A stretch of DNA of 64,000 nucleotides from Polyangiales bacterium (GCA_044229975.1 JBGARZ010000005.1:493551-557550); one strand, 5' to 3'. Shown: positions 49,068 through 59,067, counted from the stretch's first letter. Numbers and translations: made by a program. The notes: generated by a model from the letters alone, not told the origin.

Positions 49068-50063
49068 CTACGCCTGGGCGCGCCGACGGGCCTCCGCGGG
49101 GGTGATCCCGTTCCACCCTCGGAACGCGCGGTAGAAGGAGTTCGGGTCTTCGTAGCCGAGCAGCCACGCGACCTCGGCGTCGGAGTAGACCGACCCGCGG
49201 AGGTACGCGAGCGCGTGCTGGTTGCGGACCGCGTCGAGCTCCGCGCGGAAGGTCGTCCCGTGTTCGGTGAGCATGCGCTGGAGCGACCGCGAGCTCAGCG
49301 CCAGGTCATGGGCCACCGACCGGACCGTCATCCGTCGGCCCCGCAGCCCCTCGGCGAGGGCGGCGCGCAGGCGCGTGAGCGGAGACTCCGTCGGCGTCTG
49401 GGCGCGGAGGTAGGGGTCGAGCGCCTGGAGCATCGACGGGTTGTGCGTGAGGAAGGGCCGGCGCGCGTCGTCCCCGCGGAAGGTCACCGCGTCGACCGCG
49501 GCCCCGAGGACGACGGGGCAGCGGAAGAAGTCCGCGTGCTGCGCGCCCGGTTCGAGTGAGGCCGCGCGGAGGCTCAGGCGCAGCGGGCTGAGCCCGAGCT
49601 CGCGGGTCGCGCGCCGCGCCACCTCGACGAGGAACGCGAGCTCGGCGTCGACGAGGACCTGCGGCGGCTCCCCGTGCGCGGGGCTCCAGACGTACTCGAG
49701 CGTGAGCTCCGCGCCGTCGCGAGAGACGGCCAGCGCCTCCGGGCTCAGCATGCGCTTGTAGCGGGCCACCGCGTCGACCGCCGCGCCGAGGTCGCGCGCG
49801 CAGAAGAGCGCGAGGAAGAGCGGCTCCGTGAGCTCGGCCCGCACGCGCTGGACGAGCCGGAGCCCGACGCTCGGGTCGCCGCTCACCGCACGGATCGCGC
49901 GCCAGAGGTCGAAGTACTGCGCCACCGGGAGGCGGACGACCGCCGCGTCGAAGAGCCGGGCCGGGAGTCCGGCCGTCGTCAGCACCGCCACGAGCGACAC
50001 GCCGACCTCGGCGAGCGCCGCCGGCAGGCCGACCGGGACCCTCGACTCCAGCGGGCGGCTCAT
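49068..50063 (-). CDS. AraC-family regulator (OruR/VirS-like)
   Basis: VAHDLALSSRSLQRML...GTTFR; VAWLLGYEDPNSFYRAFRGWNGITP. Confidence 0.93.
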   Translation of the reverse strand: MSRPLESRVPVGLPAALAEVGVSLVAVLTTAGLPARLFDAAVVRLPVAQYFDLWRAIRAVSGDPSVGLRLVQRVRAELTEPLFLALFCARDLGAAVDAVARYKRMLSPEALAVSRDGAELTLEYVWSPAHGEPPQVLVDAELAFLVEVARRATRELGLSPLRLSLRAASLEPGAQHADFFRCPVVLGAAVDAVTFRGDDARRPFLTHNPSMLQALDPYLRAQTPTESPLTRLRAALAEGLRGRRMTVRSVAHDLALSSRSLQRMLTEHGTTFRAELDAVRNQHALAYLRGSVYSDAEVAWLLGYEDPNSFYRAFRGWNGITPAEARRRAQA

Positions 50064-50388
50064 GGCCCGCGGGAAGATACCGCGGCGTCCACTCGCGGCG
50101 CGCGCCACTCCGCTCGCCGGACGCGCCACCGCGAAGGCGACGGAGACGACGAGCACCAGCAAGCACGCGGCCTGAGGCCGGGCCGCCGCGCCCACCCGCC
50201 GTGACCCGTTCAGACATGTGGCTGACAGCCACGCGGATCATGCACCCCGGACCCGCGACAATCAGGCCCAACCTCGCACGGAGAGCTGATAGCGTGGCGG
50301 GCGACACGGCCGAGGTGTCTTCGACGCGCAGGTGTTCTGCGGGTGTCGGCGGCGTCGTCAAATCCTGTTTTGGGAGGAGTGTGGTTCG

Positions 50389-53300
50389 ATGAAAAGAAGA
50401 ATCTTGAGCTGGGGAGCGGCGCTGGCCGGGACGCTCCTGGTGCTGCCGGGTGATGCCTGGGCGGCGCGCTTCCTGTTCGTGTCCGACGTGGAGACGGACA
50501 CCAACATCGCCACGGTGCTACGCGCCGAGGGCCACTCCGTCGACGTCGTGATCAACGACTACAACAGCGGCACCACGAACAACGCCCGCCTCCAGGCGTC
50601 GCTCGCGGGCTACGACGGGGTGTTCTGGAGCGCCACTGGCAGCGGCAGCGGCTCGGTGCACACCGCCGCCACGATGACCAACCTCACCAACTATGTGAGC
50701 GGCGGCGGGCGCGTGTTCGTCACGGGCTACGACACCGTCGCGTCGCCGACCGACCCGCCGCTCATCGGCTTCCTCGGCGGCACCGGCAGCGTCGACGGGC
50801 CGGCCGCGCCCGGCGCCGCCGCCGCGGTCGTGTCGGACCTGACCACGGGCGTGGTCGACCTGCGCGGCGTGACGCCGACGGGGGGCTTCTTCGCCGACCT
50901 CGACGCGCTCACCGGCGTCGGCACCGACACGCAGATCATCGTGGCCAGCGCGGGCGCCCCGACCCAGGGGCAGTGGACCCTCCGCACCCTCGGCAGCGGC
51001 GTCATCGCGTACGTCTCCAACGGCGAAAACGGCACGATCACCACGCACCCCTCGTGGACCACCACGACCGCGGGCGGCGCGGGCGCGTACAACGGCGCGG
51101 TGCGCAACTTCGCGTTCCACGCCTCCGGCGCGCGGGTGCTCTTCGTCTCCGACTCGGCGACCGACACCAACATCCCCGGGGTGCTCCAGGCCGAGGGCCA
51201 CCGCGTCACGACGGTGATCAACGACTACAACAGCGGCACCACCAACAACGCGCGGCTCCAGGGCTCGCTCACGGGCTTCGACGTGGTGGTGTGGAGCGCG
51301 ACGGGCTCGGGCTCCGGGTCGACGCACGCCGCCGCGACGATGACCAGCCTCACCGCCTACGTGAACGGCGGCGGGTACGTCTTCGTCACGGGTTACGACT
51401 CCATCGCGTCGCCGACCGACCCGCCGCTCATCGGCTTCCTCGGCGGCACCGGCTCCATCGACACCGGCTCGGCGCCGGGCCCCGTCGCCAACGTCGTCAA
51501 CGACCTCACCACGGGCCGCGTCGACCTGCGCGGCGTGACGCCGACGGGCCAGTACGGCGACATGGACAGCCTCACCGGGCTCGGGACTGACACCACGATC
51601 GTCAGCCAGGACGGCACCACCACGGGCGCGGGTCAGTGGACGCTGCGCACCCTCGGCAGCGGCCGCATCGCGTATGTCTCGCAGGGCGAGATCGGCCCGA
51701 CCTCGGCGCTGGCGTCGTGGACCACCACGACCGCGGGCGGCGCGGGCGCGTACAACGGCGCGCTGCGCAACTTCGTCTTCCACGCCTCCGGGGCGCGGGT
51801 GCTCTTCGTCTCCGACTCGGCGACCGACACCAACATCCCCGACGTGCTGCGCGGCGACGGCCACCGCGTGACGGTGGTGCTCAACGACTTCACCGGGAGC
51901 GCCAACACCCGCCTCGCGGGCTCGCTCGCGGGCGTCGACGTCGTGGTGTGGAGCTCGACCGGCGGCGGCGTTGGCGACGTGGCCCCGGCCGCGACGATCA
52001 CCAACCTGACCAACTTCGTCAACGCCGGCGGGCGCGTGTTCGTCACGGGCTACGACAGCATCGCGTCGCCGACCGACGCGCCGCTCATCGGCTTCCTCGG
52101 CGGCACCGGGAGCGTCGACACCGGCTCGCGCCCCGGCGCGATCGTCTCCATCCCGAACGACCTCAACGTGGGCCGCGTCGACCTGCGCGGCGTGACCCCG
52201 AGCAACGCGCCCGGGGACCTCGACAGCCTCACCGGCTACGGCGCCGGCGTCACCGTGGTGACCCCGGTGGCGGGCTCGACCACCGAGGCGCAGTGGCTGC
52301 TGCGCTCGCTCGGCGCGGGGCGCATCGCGTACGTCTCCAACGGCGACAGCGGCCCGACCAGCGCGAACGCCAACTGGGCCATCGCCGGGGGCGGCCCGAC
52401 CGGGGCCTTCAACGGCGCCGTGCGCAACTTCGTCCACAACTACAACCGCACGACGGCCACGGCCGGCGCGGCGAACGGCACCGCCTGCTCGACCGCGAGC
52501 GAGTGCGGCTCGAGCTTCTGCGTCGACGGCGTGTGCTGCAACGCGGCCTGCGCCGGCGGCACCGCCGATTGCCAGGCGTGCGCCACCGCGGCGGGCGCCG
52601 CGGTCAACGGAACCTGCGGCGCCGTCTCGTCGGGCCGCGTCTGCCGCGCCTCGGCGGGCTCGTGCGACGTGGCCGAGACCTGCAACGGCACCGCGACCGC
52701 GTGCCCGGCCGACGGCTTCGCGCCGACCACCACGGCCTGCCGCGCCTCGGCGGGTCCTTGCGACGTCGCGGAGAACTGCTCGGGCCTGGCGGCGACCTGC
52801 CCGGCGGATGCGTTCGCGCCGACCACCACGGCGTGCCGCGCGTCGGCGGGTCCGTGCGACATCGCGGAGTCCTGCACCGGCATGGCGGCGGCCTGCCCGG
52901 GCGACGGCTTCGCGCCGTCCTCCACCGTCTGCCGCGCAGCGGCGACGGGCGGCTGCGACGTGGCGGAGTCGTGCAGCGGGTCGAGCTCGGCGTGTCCGTC
53001 GGACGTCTTCGCGCCGGCCACCACGACCTGCCGCGCGTCGGCGGGACCGTGCGACCTGGCCGAGGCCTGCCCGGGCACCGGCCCGGCGTGCCCGTCGGAC
53101 GCCTTCGCGGCCTCGTCGGTGGTGTGCCGCGCCTCCACGGGCATGTGCGACACGGCCGAGTCGTGCACCGGCGCGGGGGTGACCTGCCCCTCCGACGCGT
53201 TCGTGGCGAACGGGTCGTCGTGCGGCGACTCGCTCATGTGCAACGGCGCGGAGACCTGCCAGAGCGGCGCCTGCGCGGCCGGGACCGCGCTCTCCTGCGA

Positions 53301-53808
53301 CGACGGTGACCCGTGCACCACCGACTCGTGCTCCGAGCCCTCGGGGTGCAGCCGCGTGGCGATCCCGGGTTGCGGCGCGACCGACGCCGGCTCCGACGCG
53401 GGCGAGCTCGCCGACGCTGCGGACGCCTCAGACGCCGACGACGGCTCGACCGACGTCGCGGACGCCGGTGACGACGCCGCGGGGGCCGACGCTGGCGACG
53501 ACGCCGCGGTGGCCGACGCCGCGGTGACCGACGCCGCGGTGGCCGACGCCGCGGTAACCGACGTGGCTGCGAACGACGTGGCTGCGAACGACGCGGCCGC
53601 GAACGACGCGGCTGCGAACGACGCGGCTGCGAACGACGCGGCGGTTGCGGGCGACGCTGGTGACGACGGCGGCCTGACCGAGACGCCGACCGGGTCCTCC
53701 GGCTGCGGGTGCGCGGTGCCCGGCCGCACGAACGCGCGCGGCCCCGGCCTCGTCGCGCTGGCGGGCCTCGTCGCGCTCCTGCGCGCGCGACGTCGCCGCG
53801 CGAGCTGA
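50389..53808 (+). CDS. Large surface protein: three ~221-aa repeats, six disintegrin-like Cys repeats, acidic linker, MYXO-CTERM
   Basis: GGAGG upstream; signal peptide ending AWA; repeats start at 50464, 51130 and 51793; CRASAGPCD.AE.C.G....CP.D x6; GCGCAVPG-TM-RRRR. Confidence 0.9.
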   Translation: MKRRILSWGAALAGTLLVLPGDAWAARFLFVSDVETDTNIATVLRAEGHSVDVVINDYNSGTTNNARLQASLAGYDGVFWSATGSGSGSVHTAATMTNLTNYVSGGGRVFVTGYDTVASPTDPPLIGFLGGTGSVDGPAAPGAAAAVVSDLTTGVVDLRGVTPTGGFFADLDALTGVGTDTQIIVASAGAPTQGQWTLRTLGSGVIAYVSNGENGTITTHPSWTTTTAGGAGAYNGAVRNFAFHASGARVLFVSDSATDTNIPGVLQAEGHRVTTVINDYNSGTTNNARLQGSLTGFDVVVWSATGSGSGSTHAAATMTSLTAYVNGGGYVFVTGYDSIASPTDPPLIGFLGGTGSIDTGSAPGPVANVVNDLTTGRVDLRGVTPTGQYGDMDSLTGLGTDTTIVSQDGTTTGAGQWTLRTLGSGRIAYVSQGEIGPTSALASWTTTTAGGAGAYNGALRNFVFHASGARVLFVSDSATDTNIPDVLRGDGHRVTVVLNDFTGSANTRLAGSLAGVDVVVWSSTGGGVGDVAPAATITNLTNFVNAGGRVFVTGYDSIASPTDAPLIGFLGGTGSVDTGSRPGAIVSIPNDLNVGRVDLRGVTPSNAPGDLDSLTGYGAGVTVVTPVAGSTTEAQWLLRSLGAGRIAYVSNGDSGPTSANANWAIAGGGPTGAFNGAVRNFVHNYNRTTATAGAANGTACSTASECGSSFCVDGVCCNAACAGGTADCQACATAAGAAVNGTCGAVSSGRVCRASAGSCDVAETCNGTATACPADGFAPTTTACRASAGPCDVAENCSGLAATCPADAFAPTTTACRASAGPCDIAESCTGMAAACPGDGFAPSSTVCRAAATGGCDVAESCSGSSSACPSDVFAPATTTCRASAGPCDLAEACPGTGPACPSDAFAASSVVCRASTGMCDTAESCTGAGVTCPSDAFVANGSSCGDSLMCNGAETCQSGACAAGTALSCDDGDPCTTDSCSEPSGCSRVAIPGCGATDAGSDAGELADAADASDADDGSTDVADAGDDAAGADAGDDAAVADAAVTDAAVADAAVTDVAANDVAANDAAANDAAANDAAANDAAVAGDAGDDGGLTETPTGSSGCGCAVPGRTNARGPGLVALAGLVALLRARRRRAS
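53500..53649 (+). repeat. Intragenic 15-bp tandem repeat x10 (DAAVA/DVAAN/DAAAN)
   Basis: GACGCCGCGGTGGCC and GACGCGGCTGCGAAC units. Confidence 0.8.
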
Positions 53809-53900
53809 TTCCTCCCTCCGTCCTCCTCCCTTCCTGACCAGATCCGTGCCCGTGGCGCTCGCCGCGGGTGCGGCGATGGCCCCCGCTCTTCCCGCCCGCT

Positions 53901-56159
53901 CTACCCGCCGTGTCGCCCGCGCCGTCGCCCGCCCGATGCGGCTCCGCGCGACGGCTCCGCCTGGCCGATGCGCAGCTCCATCAGGTTGTCGCCCGACCAC
54001 CGCCCCACGATCGGCGTGTCGCCCTCGCGCCACTCCACCACCGCGTAGATCCCCCTCTCCATCGCTGGCCTCGCCGGAACCGCCGCCCCCGGCTGACCCG
54101 TCGCCTGCACCAGCAGCCGCCGCAGCCCAGCGTCCGAGTGCCGCAGCGTGCGCGCCCCGGCCGTCGCGCCCACCACGTAGAGCCCCACGCTCCGCCCGTC
54201 CGAGGCCGCGGTGTACACCGACACGCCCGCGAGCTCCGCCCAGCCCGACGCCGACGTCGACCCCGCCGGGCGCTCCAACAGGTCGTCGACCGCCGCCACC
54301 TCCACGCCCAACAACGGAACATGCGTCCGCTGCTCCGTCGCCCACGCCGTCGCCGCCGTCGCTGCCGTCGTCATCTCCGGGTCGTCGGTCGGCGCGCCAA
54401 CCTCGGTCGCCTGCGCCGAGAGCTGCCGCAGCGCGCGCACCGTCACCGACGCATCAGGCCCCACCGCCGTCCGCGCGTTGAGCGCCGCCAGCAGCGTCGC
54501 GCGCACCGTCGCCCACGCGGCGTCGCGCGCCGGTGACCGGTGCGCCGCCCGCGCGGAGCGCAGCGCCCCGTAGCGGCACACGTCCGTCGTACACGCCTCG
54601 CGCCGCAGGTCGTACGCCGCCGCCCGAAGCTCCGCGGCGTCCGCGTTGTTGGCCAGCGCCATCGTCCATCGATCGAGCTTCGCCAGCATCCCGTCAGCAT
54701 CGCGCGCCGCCAGCGATGCCCGCACCTCGTCGAGCCGCTGCCGCTCGGCGCTGTTGCGGGCCTGCGCCGCCATCGATCCGCGGCGGACGCTCACCGCGTC
54801 GAGCCGCGCCAGCCGCGCGTCACCCGTCAGCCGCCGCGCGTCGGCGAGGTCGATCTCGTCGAGCACCGCCGTGGCCCGCGGCGACGGCGCCGTCTCGTAG
54901 AGCGCTTGCGCGACCACTCGCGCCCGTGCGTAGTCCTGCCGACCCAGCGCCGTCCGCGCCTCGGCCTCGCTCGGACGCACCAGCGCCCACGACACCGGGC
55001 ACGCCAGCAGCGCCACCGCCGCCAGCGCGAGCCCCGTCTTCTCGCCTCCCCGCAGCGGCCACCGTGGACCCGACGCGCGCCACGTCCGCAGCACGCCGCC
55101 CACCGCCATCGTCGCGCCGACGAAGCCCAGCAGCGCCATCCACAGCAGCCAGCGGTTGACCGACACGAAGTACACCGGGACGCGAACCCACGCGTACGCG
55201 TACGCAAACCACGCGACCAGGGACACCAGCCCCAGGACCACCCAGAGCGTGCGCCGACGCTTGAGAGGACGCAGCGCCTCGGGGGTCGCCGCGCCCGCGA
55301 GCTGCTGGCCGGAGAGGGCGACGGTGCCGACGGTTCCGCAGAGTTCGTAGGACACGTCGCGGCGGCGCACCCCGAAGCGCGCGTACTGCTGCGCGGTCAC
55401 GCGCTCGCTCTGCGGATTGAGCATCGGCTGCCACTGGAGCGCGGGATCACCGGGCCCCAGTTGCTGCGCGGTGAGCATCGTGTGGCTGTCGAACACCGCC
55501 TGCACGGTGAAGGGCGCGAGGTCGGGCGGGGTCAGCATCCGCTCGGCGCGCAGCGCGGAGTACGCGACCAGCACGGGACTATCGACGGAGAAGCGAACCT
55601 TGGTGGTGACGGTCTCGTCCCATCCCCACCAGAGCAGCACCTGCCCGTTGCCCTGGCAGGGTCCGCATGTGACGCGCCCTGAGCTGCCGCACGAGGCGCA
55701 GGCCACGGTACCCTTGGTGCGGCACGTGGGGCACTGAATCACCCGGCTCGACTTCTTGTAGTAGCGGGTGATGTGACCGTCGCCGCCGCACTCGCGGCAG
55801 CGCGACCGACCGCTGCCGCCACAATTGCCGCACGCCGTCTGTCGGGAGCCGTTGCAGGTGGGGCAGTTGGCAGGGTGTTCGGTGCGCGCGCGGAGGTCGG
55901 CGAGCGTTCCGGCGAAGGGGTCGATGCTGCGAGGGTCGGTGGCTCGCCCAGCGCTGCGACCGGCGGGACCCTGCCGCTGCACGAGGTCGCGGCGCGTGAC
56001 CGTCGTCGCGAGTCGCGTGATGACCTCGTCGCGCTCGACCACCGCGGTGATCTGCTCCTCCAGTCGTGCGGGCGCGCCCGACGTCGTGGATGCCCAGCGG
56101 CGAAACGCCTCCCGAACCTCTCCCGCCGCGTTGCCGCTCGGATCGTACGCCCCGCTCAT
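53901..56159 (-). CDS. DnaJ-type CxxCxGxG zinc-finger membrane protein without a J domain
   Basis: CPTCNGS, CGNCGGSG, CRECGGDG, CPTCRTKG, CASCGSSG, CGPCQGNG; three TM helices; helical C-terminal region. Start could be 56165. Confidence 0.8.
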   Translation of the reverse strand: MSGAYDPSGNAAGEVREAFRRWASTTSGAPARLEEQITAVVERDEVITRLATTVTRRDLVQRQGPAGRSAGRATDPRSIDPFAGTLADLRARTEHPANCPTCNGSRQTACGNCGGSGRSRCRECGGDGHITRYYKKSSRVIQCPTCRTKGTVACASCGSSGRVTCGPCQGNGQVLLWWGWDETVTTKVRFSVDSPVLVAYSALRAERMLTPPDLAPFTVQAVFDSHTMLTAQQLGPGDPALQWQPMLNPQSERVTAQQYARFGVRRRDVSYELCGTVGTVALSGQQLAGAATPEALRPLKRRRTLWVVLGLVSLVAWFAYAYAWVRVPVYFVSVNRWLLWMALLGFVGATMAVGGVLRTWRASGPRWPLRGGEKTGLALAAVALLACPVSWALVRPSEAEARTALGRQDYARARVVAQALYETAPSPRATAVLDEIDLADARRLTGDARLARLDAVSVRRGSMAAQARNSAERQRLDEVRASLAARDADGMLAKLDRWTMALANNADAAELRAAAYDLRREACTTDVCRYGALRSARAAHRSPARDAAWATVRATLLAALNARTAVGPDASVTVRALRQLSAQATEVGAPTDDPEMTTAATAATAWATEQRTHVPLLGVEVAAVDDLLERPAGSTSASGWAELAGVSVYTAASDGRSVGLYVVGATAGARTLRHSDAGLRRLLVQATGQPGAAVPARPAMERGIYAVVEWREGDTPIVGRWSGDNLMELRIGQAEPSRGAASGGRRRGRHGG

Positions 56160-56258
56160 CACCATGACGCCGCGGACGGTAGTGTATCGCGCGCACCACG
56201 GTCCATAGCCGTCCGCGCCCTTGCTTTGTGGCCGTCGCGCGGAGAGCATCGCCGTCCC

Positions 56259-56783
56259 GTGAGGCCCCGACCACCCTCCCCTCTCGTCCTCTTGAGCACT
56301 GCGGTGCTCGCCGTGCTCGAAGGCGCCACCGCCTCCGGGGCGCCGCTGCCCGTCGCGCTCCAGCGGGAGATTCGCAAGACCCGCGACGAGCGCGATGACG
56401 GCGCCGAGCTGCTGCTCGTTCCGCCCGCCCCCGACTCCGCCGCGCTCTTCCCGGCGCACCGGTCGCACCGCTCCCACAGCTCCCACAGCTCGGGCAGCGG
56501 CCGACGCTCGCACTACTCCGGCGGCGGTGGCTACGAGCCCGCCGCCGCGCCCGCGCCTCCTCCCCCTCCGCGTCGCCTGCGCCCCGCCAACGTCTCCTTC
56601 GTGGCCTACCCCGGCGGCAACATCTTCGTCGACGGGCGGCCCGCCGGGCGCGACACCACCCGCGTGATGCGCCTCGCCGCGGGCGACCACGTCGTGCGCG
56701 TCGAAAACGCCTTCGTCGGCGACACCGAGCAGACCATCAGCCTGAGTGAGGGCGAGACGGGCATCGTCGCGATTCGATGGTGA
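56259..56783 (+). CDS. hxsA: His-Xaa-Ser repeat protein HxsA with signal-like N-terminus and C-terminal PEGA-like domain
   Basis: AHRSHRSHSSHSSGSGRRSHYS encoded at ~56454-56519; directly upstream of hxsD-hxsB; GTG start with GGAGAG upstream (start inferred). Confidence 0.85.
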   Translation: MRPRPPSPLVLLSTAVLAVLEGATASGAPLPVALQREIRKTRDERDDGAELLLVPPAPDSAALFPAHRSHRSHSSHSSGSGRRSHYSGGGGYEPAAAPAPPPPPRRLRPANVSFVAYPGGNIFVDGRPAGRDTTRVMRLAAGDHVVRVENAFVGDTEQTISLSEGETGIVAIRW

Positions 56784-57109
56784 GCCCCGCGCTGGCCTAC
56801 GAGGGCGGCGCCGTCTCCTTCGACCTCGACCTCCGCGTCTACCGACTCGCCGCCGTGCAGAAGACCGCCTACCGACTCGCGCGCCGCTGCACCGCCGTGC
56901 TCGGCGAGCTCCGCGGCGAGACGCTCCCCGTCACGCTGACCTTCGCCGCTGACACCAGCGAGCCCGAAGCCCTCGCCGCCACCCGCCACTTCTTCCAGGA
57001 GCTTCTCGATCAAGAACTCCGCGAGAAGGTCGCCGCCGAGACCGCTTCACTGCGCCCGCTGTTGCTCGCGCTGGCCTTCTCCCGCACCGGCCTCGCCCCG
57101 CGCTCCTGA
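56777..57109 (+). CDS. hxsD: His-Xaa-Ser system protein HxsD
   Basis: LDLRVYRLAAVQKTAY...FFQELLDQELREKVAAETASLRPLLLALAFS; located between hxsA and hxsB. Confidence 0.88.
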   Translation: MVSPALAYEGGAVSFDLDLRVYRLAAVQKTAYRLARRCTAVLGELRGETLPVTLTFAADTSEPEALAATRHFFQELLDQELREKVAAETASLRPLLLALAFSRTGLAPRS

Positions 57110-57116
57110 CGCCGCC

Positions 57117-58556
57117 ATGTTTGCGCCGAAGGAAGCGTTCGCGCCGCCGGGGAGCTACCGCCTGTTGCCGCTGCGCTTCGACCGCCTCGACGAGCGCCGC
57201 TACGTCGTCACCAACGACGTCGGCGAGTACGTCCTGCTCGACCGCACCGAGCTCGATGACCTCATCCACCACCGGCTCGACCCGCGCAGCACGACCTACC
57301 GCGCGCTCAAGTCGCGGCACCTGCTCTACGACGCCGATGACTCGTCCGCGTTCGACCTCCTCGCGCTGAAGTACCGCACCCGCGCCGAACCCATCGCCGC
57401 CTTCACGGGCCTGCACATCTTCGTGGTGACGCTGCGCTGCGACCACTCGTGCCAGTACTGCCAGGTGTCGCGTCGACCCGAGGACGAAGGCGACTTCGAC
57501 CTGAGCGCCGAGCACGCCGCGAAGGCCGTGGAGATGGTGTTTCGCAGCCCGAGCGAGCAGCTCAAGATCGAGTTTCAGGGCGGCGAGGCGCTGCTCAACA
57601 TGCCGCGGGTGGCGCAGGTGGTGGAGGCCGTCAACGAGCGCAACCGCAGCGACAAGCGCGACGTGCAGTTCGTGTTGGCGACCAACCTATCGCGCCTCGA
57701 CGACAACGTGCTCGCCTTCTGTCGGCGGCACCGCGTCCACCTCTCGACCTCCATCGACGGGCCGGCCGACCTCCACGACACGCAGCGCCCCACCCGCGGC
57801 GGTGGCAGCCACGCGCGGACCGTCGCCGCCATCGAGCGGGCCCGCGCCGTCCTTGGGCCCGACAGCGTGTCGGCGCTGATGACCACCACACCGGCCGCCC
57901 TCGACCGCGTGGAGGCCATCGTCGACGAGTATGTGCGATTGGGCTTTCACTCGATCTTCCTGCGCAACCTGAGCCCCTACGGCTTCGCGGCGAAGAGCCT
58001 CGTGCGTCGCTACGGCGTCGCCGACTGGCTGCGCTTCTACGAGCGCGGCCTCGCCCATGTGCTGAAGGTCAACGCGCGCGGCCACGCGATGGTCGAGGAC
58101 TTCGCGGCGATTCTTCTCCGCAAGATGGTCTCGCCGCTGGGGTCGAGCTACGTCGACCTGCAATCGCCCGCGGGCATCGGCATCGGGGCGTTGGTCTACA
58201 ACTACGACGGCGCGGTGTACGCGTCCGACGAGGGTCGGATGCTCGCGGAGATGAAGGACGAGACCTTCCGACTGGGCCACCTCGACGAGGACTCCTACGA
58301 GGCGATGATGACCTCGCCCGCGCTGCTCGGACCGCTCACCGAAAGTCTCCTGGAGAGCGCGCCGGGGTGCTCGGACTGCGCGTTTCTGCCGTACTGCGGG
58401 GCCGACCCGGTGTACCACCGCGCGACCCAGGGCGACGCGCTCGGACACAAAGCGTTTAGCGACTTCTGCGCGAAGCAGATGGGCATCACGCGGAGGCTCA
58501 TCGCGCTGCTCGAAGACGACCCAGCGGCGCGCGACGTGATGCTCGGGTGGGTGTGA
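57117..58556 (+). CDS. hxsB: His-Xaa-Ser system radical SAM maturase HxsB (SPASM-type tail)
   Basis: YRLLPLRF; LHIFVVTLRCDHSCQYCQVSR; KIEFQGGE; LSPYGFA; YVDLQSPAGIG; YASDEGRML; CSDCAFLPYCGADP. Confidence 0.93.
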   Translation: MFAPKEAFAPPGSYRLLPLRFDRLDERRYVVTNDVGEYVLLDRTELDDLIHHRLDPRSTTYRALKSRHLLYDADDSSAFDLLALKYRTRAEPIAAFTGLHIFVVTLRCDHSCQYCQVSRRPEDEGDFDLSAEHAAKAVEMVFRSPSEQLKIEFQGGEALLNMPRVAQVVEAVNERNRSDKRDVQFVLATNLSRLDDNVLAFCRRHRVHLSTSIDGPADLHDTQRPTRGGGSHARTVAAIERARAVLGPDSVSALMTTTPAALDRVEAIVDEYVRLGFHSIFLRNLSPYGFAAKSLVRRYGVADWLRFYERGLAHVLKVNARGHAMVEDFAAILLRKMVSPLGSSYVDLQSPAGIGIGALVYNYDGAVYASDEGRMLAEMKDETFRLGHLDEDSYEAMMTSPALLGPLTESLLESAPGCSDCAFLPYCGADPVYHRATQGDALGHKAFSDFCAKQMGITRRLIALLEDDPAARDVMLGWV

Positions 58557-58600
58557 TGCGGGTGCGAGGTCGGCGCTGGCCCCGCGCGATCGAACGCCCC

Positions 58601-58978
58601 TGTGATGTGCAGTGGGATGAGGGGGGCTTTCGGTCGGAGAGCGCCCACTGCGCGGTTGCGGACGGCCCGCGGACGGGCCTGCAACCGCTGAAGTGGGAGC
58701 CTGGAGCTGGGCGTCCCGCCTCCGCGGGACTTCCTGGCGGAGCGCCGAGCGCGCTGCGCTCGACGAGTGGAGGTAGGGGCTCGCTGAACGGCTTGGAGAG
58801 GACCTCCTTCACCCCCTCGACGGTCGCTCCAGCGACCGGCGCGCATGCAGGAAGTCCCGCGCAGGCGGGACGCCCAGCTCCAGGCTCCCACTTCAGCGGT
58901 TGCAGGCCCGCCCGCGGGCCGTCCGCAACCGCGCAGTGGGCGCTCTCCAAGCGCACTCACGCACAGAGGCACATCACA
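58601..58978. repeat. Long palindromic element between hxsB and hxsC
   Basis: Arms of ~100 bp from 58636 (GGAGAGCGCCCACTGCGCGG...) mirrored to 58948; outer TGTGATGTGC/GCACATCACA pair at 58601 and 58969. Confidence 0.88.
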
Positions 58979-59067
58979 CGGGAGTGTGGTCGCCAACGCG
59001 CGAACCCCAGCGCCCCGCACGCGACTTGTCCCATCCACAAATCGCGACCACTCGATGAGAGCCCCCG

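Noticed and set aside
50464..52440. Near-identical repeats as a diversity-generating retroelement TR/VR pair
   Set aside because: All copies are in-frame domains of one gene, the differences are not adenine-specific, and no reverse transcriptase is present.
55773..56258. 336-aa version of hxsA and 929-aa version of the zinc-finger gene as given in the ORF track
   Set aside because: The extensions overlap each other head-to-head; internal starts at 56259 and 56159/56165 are more plausible.
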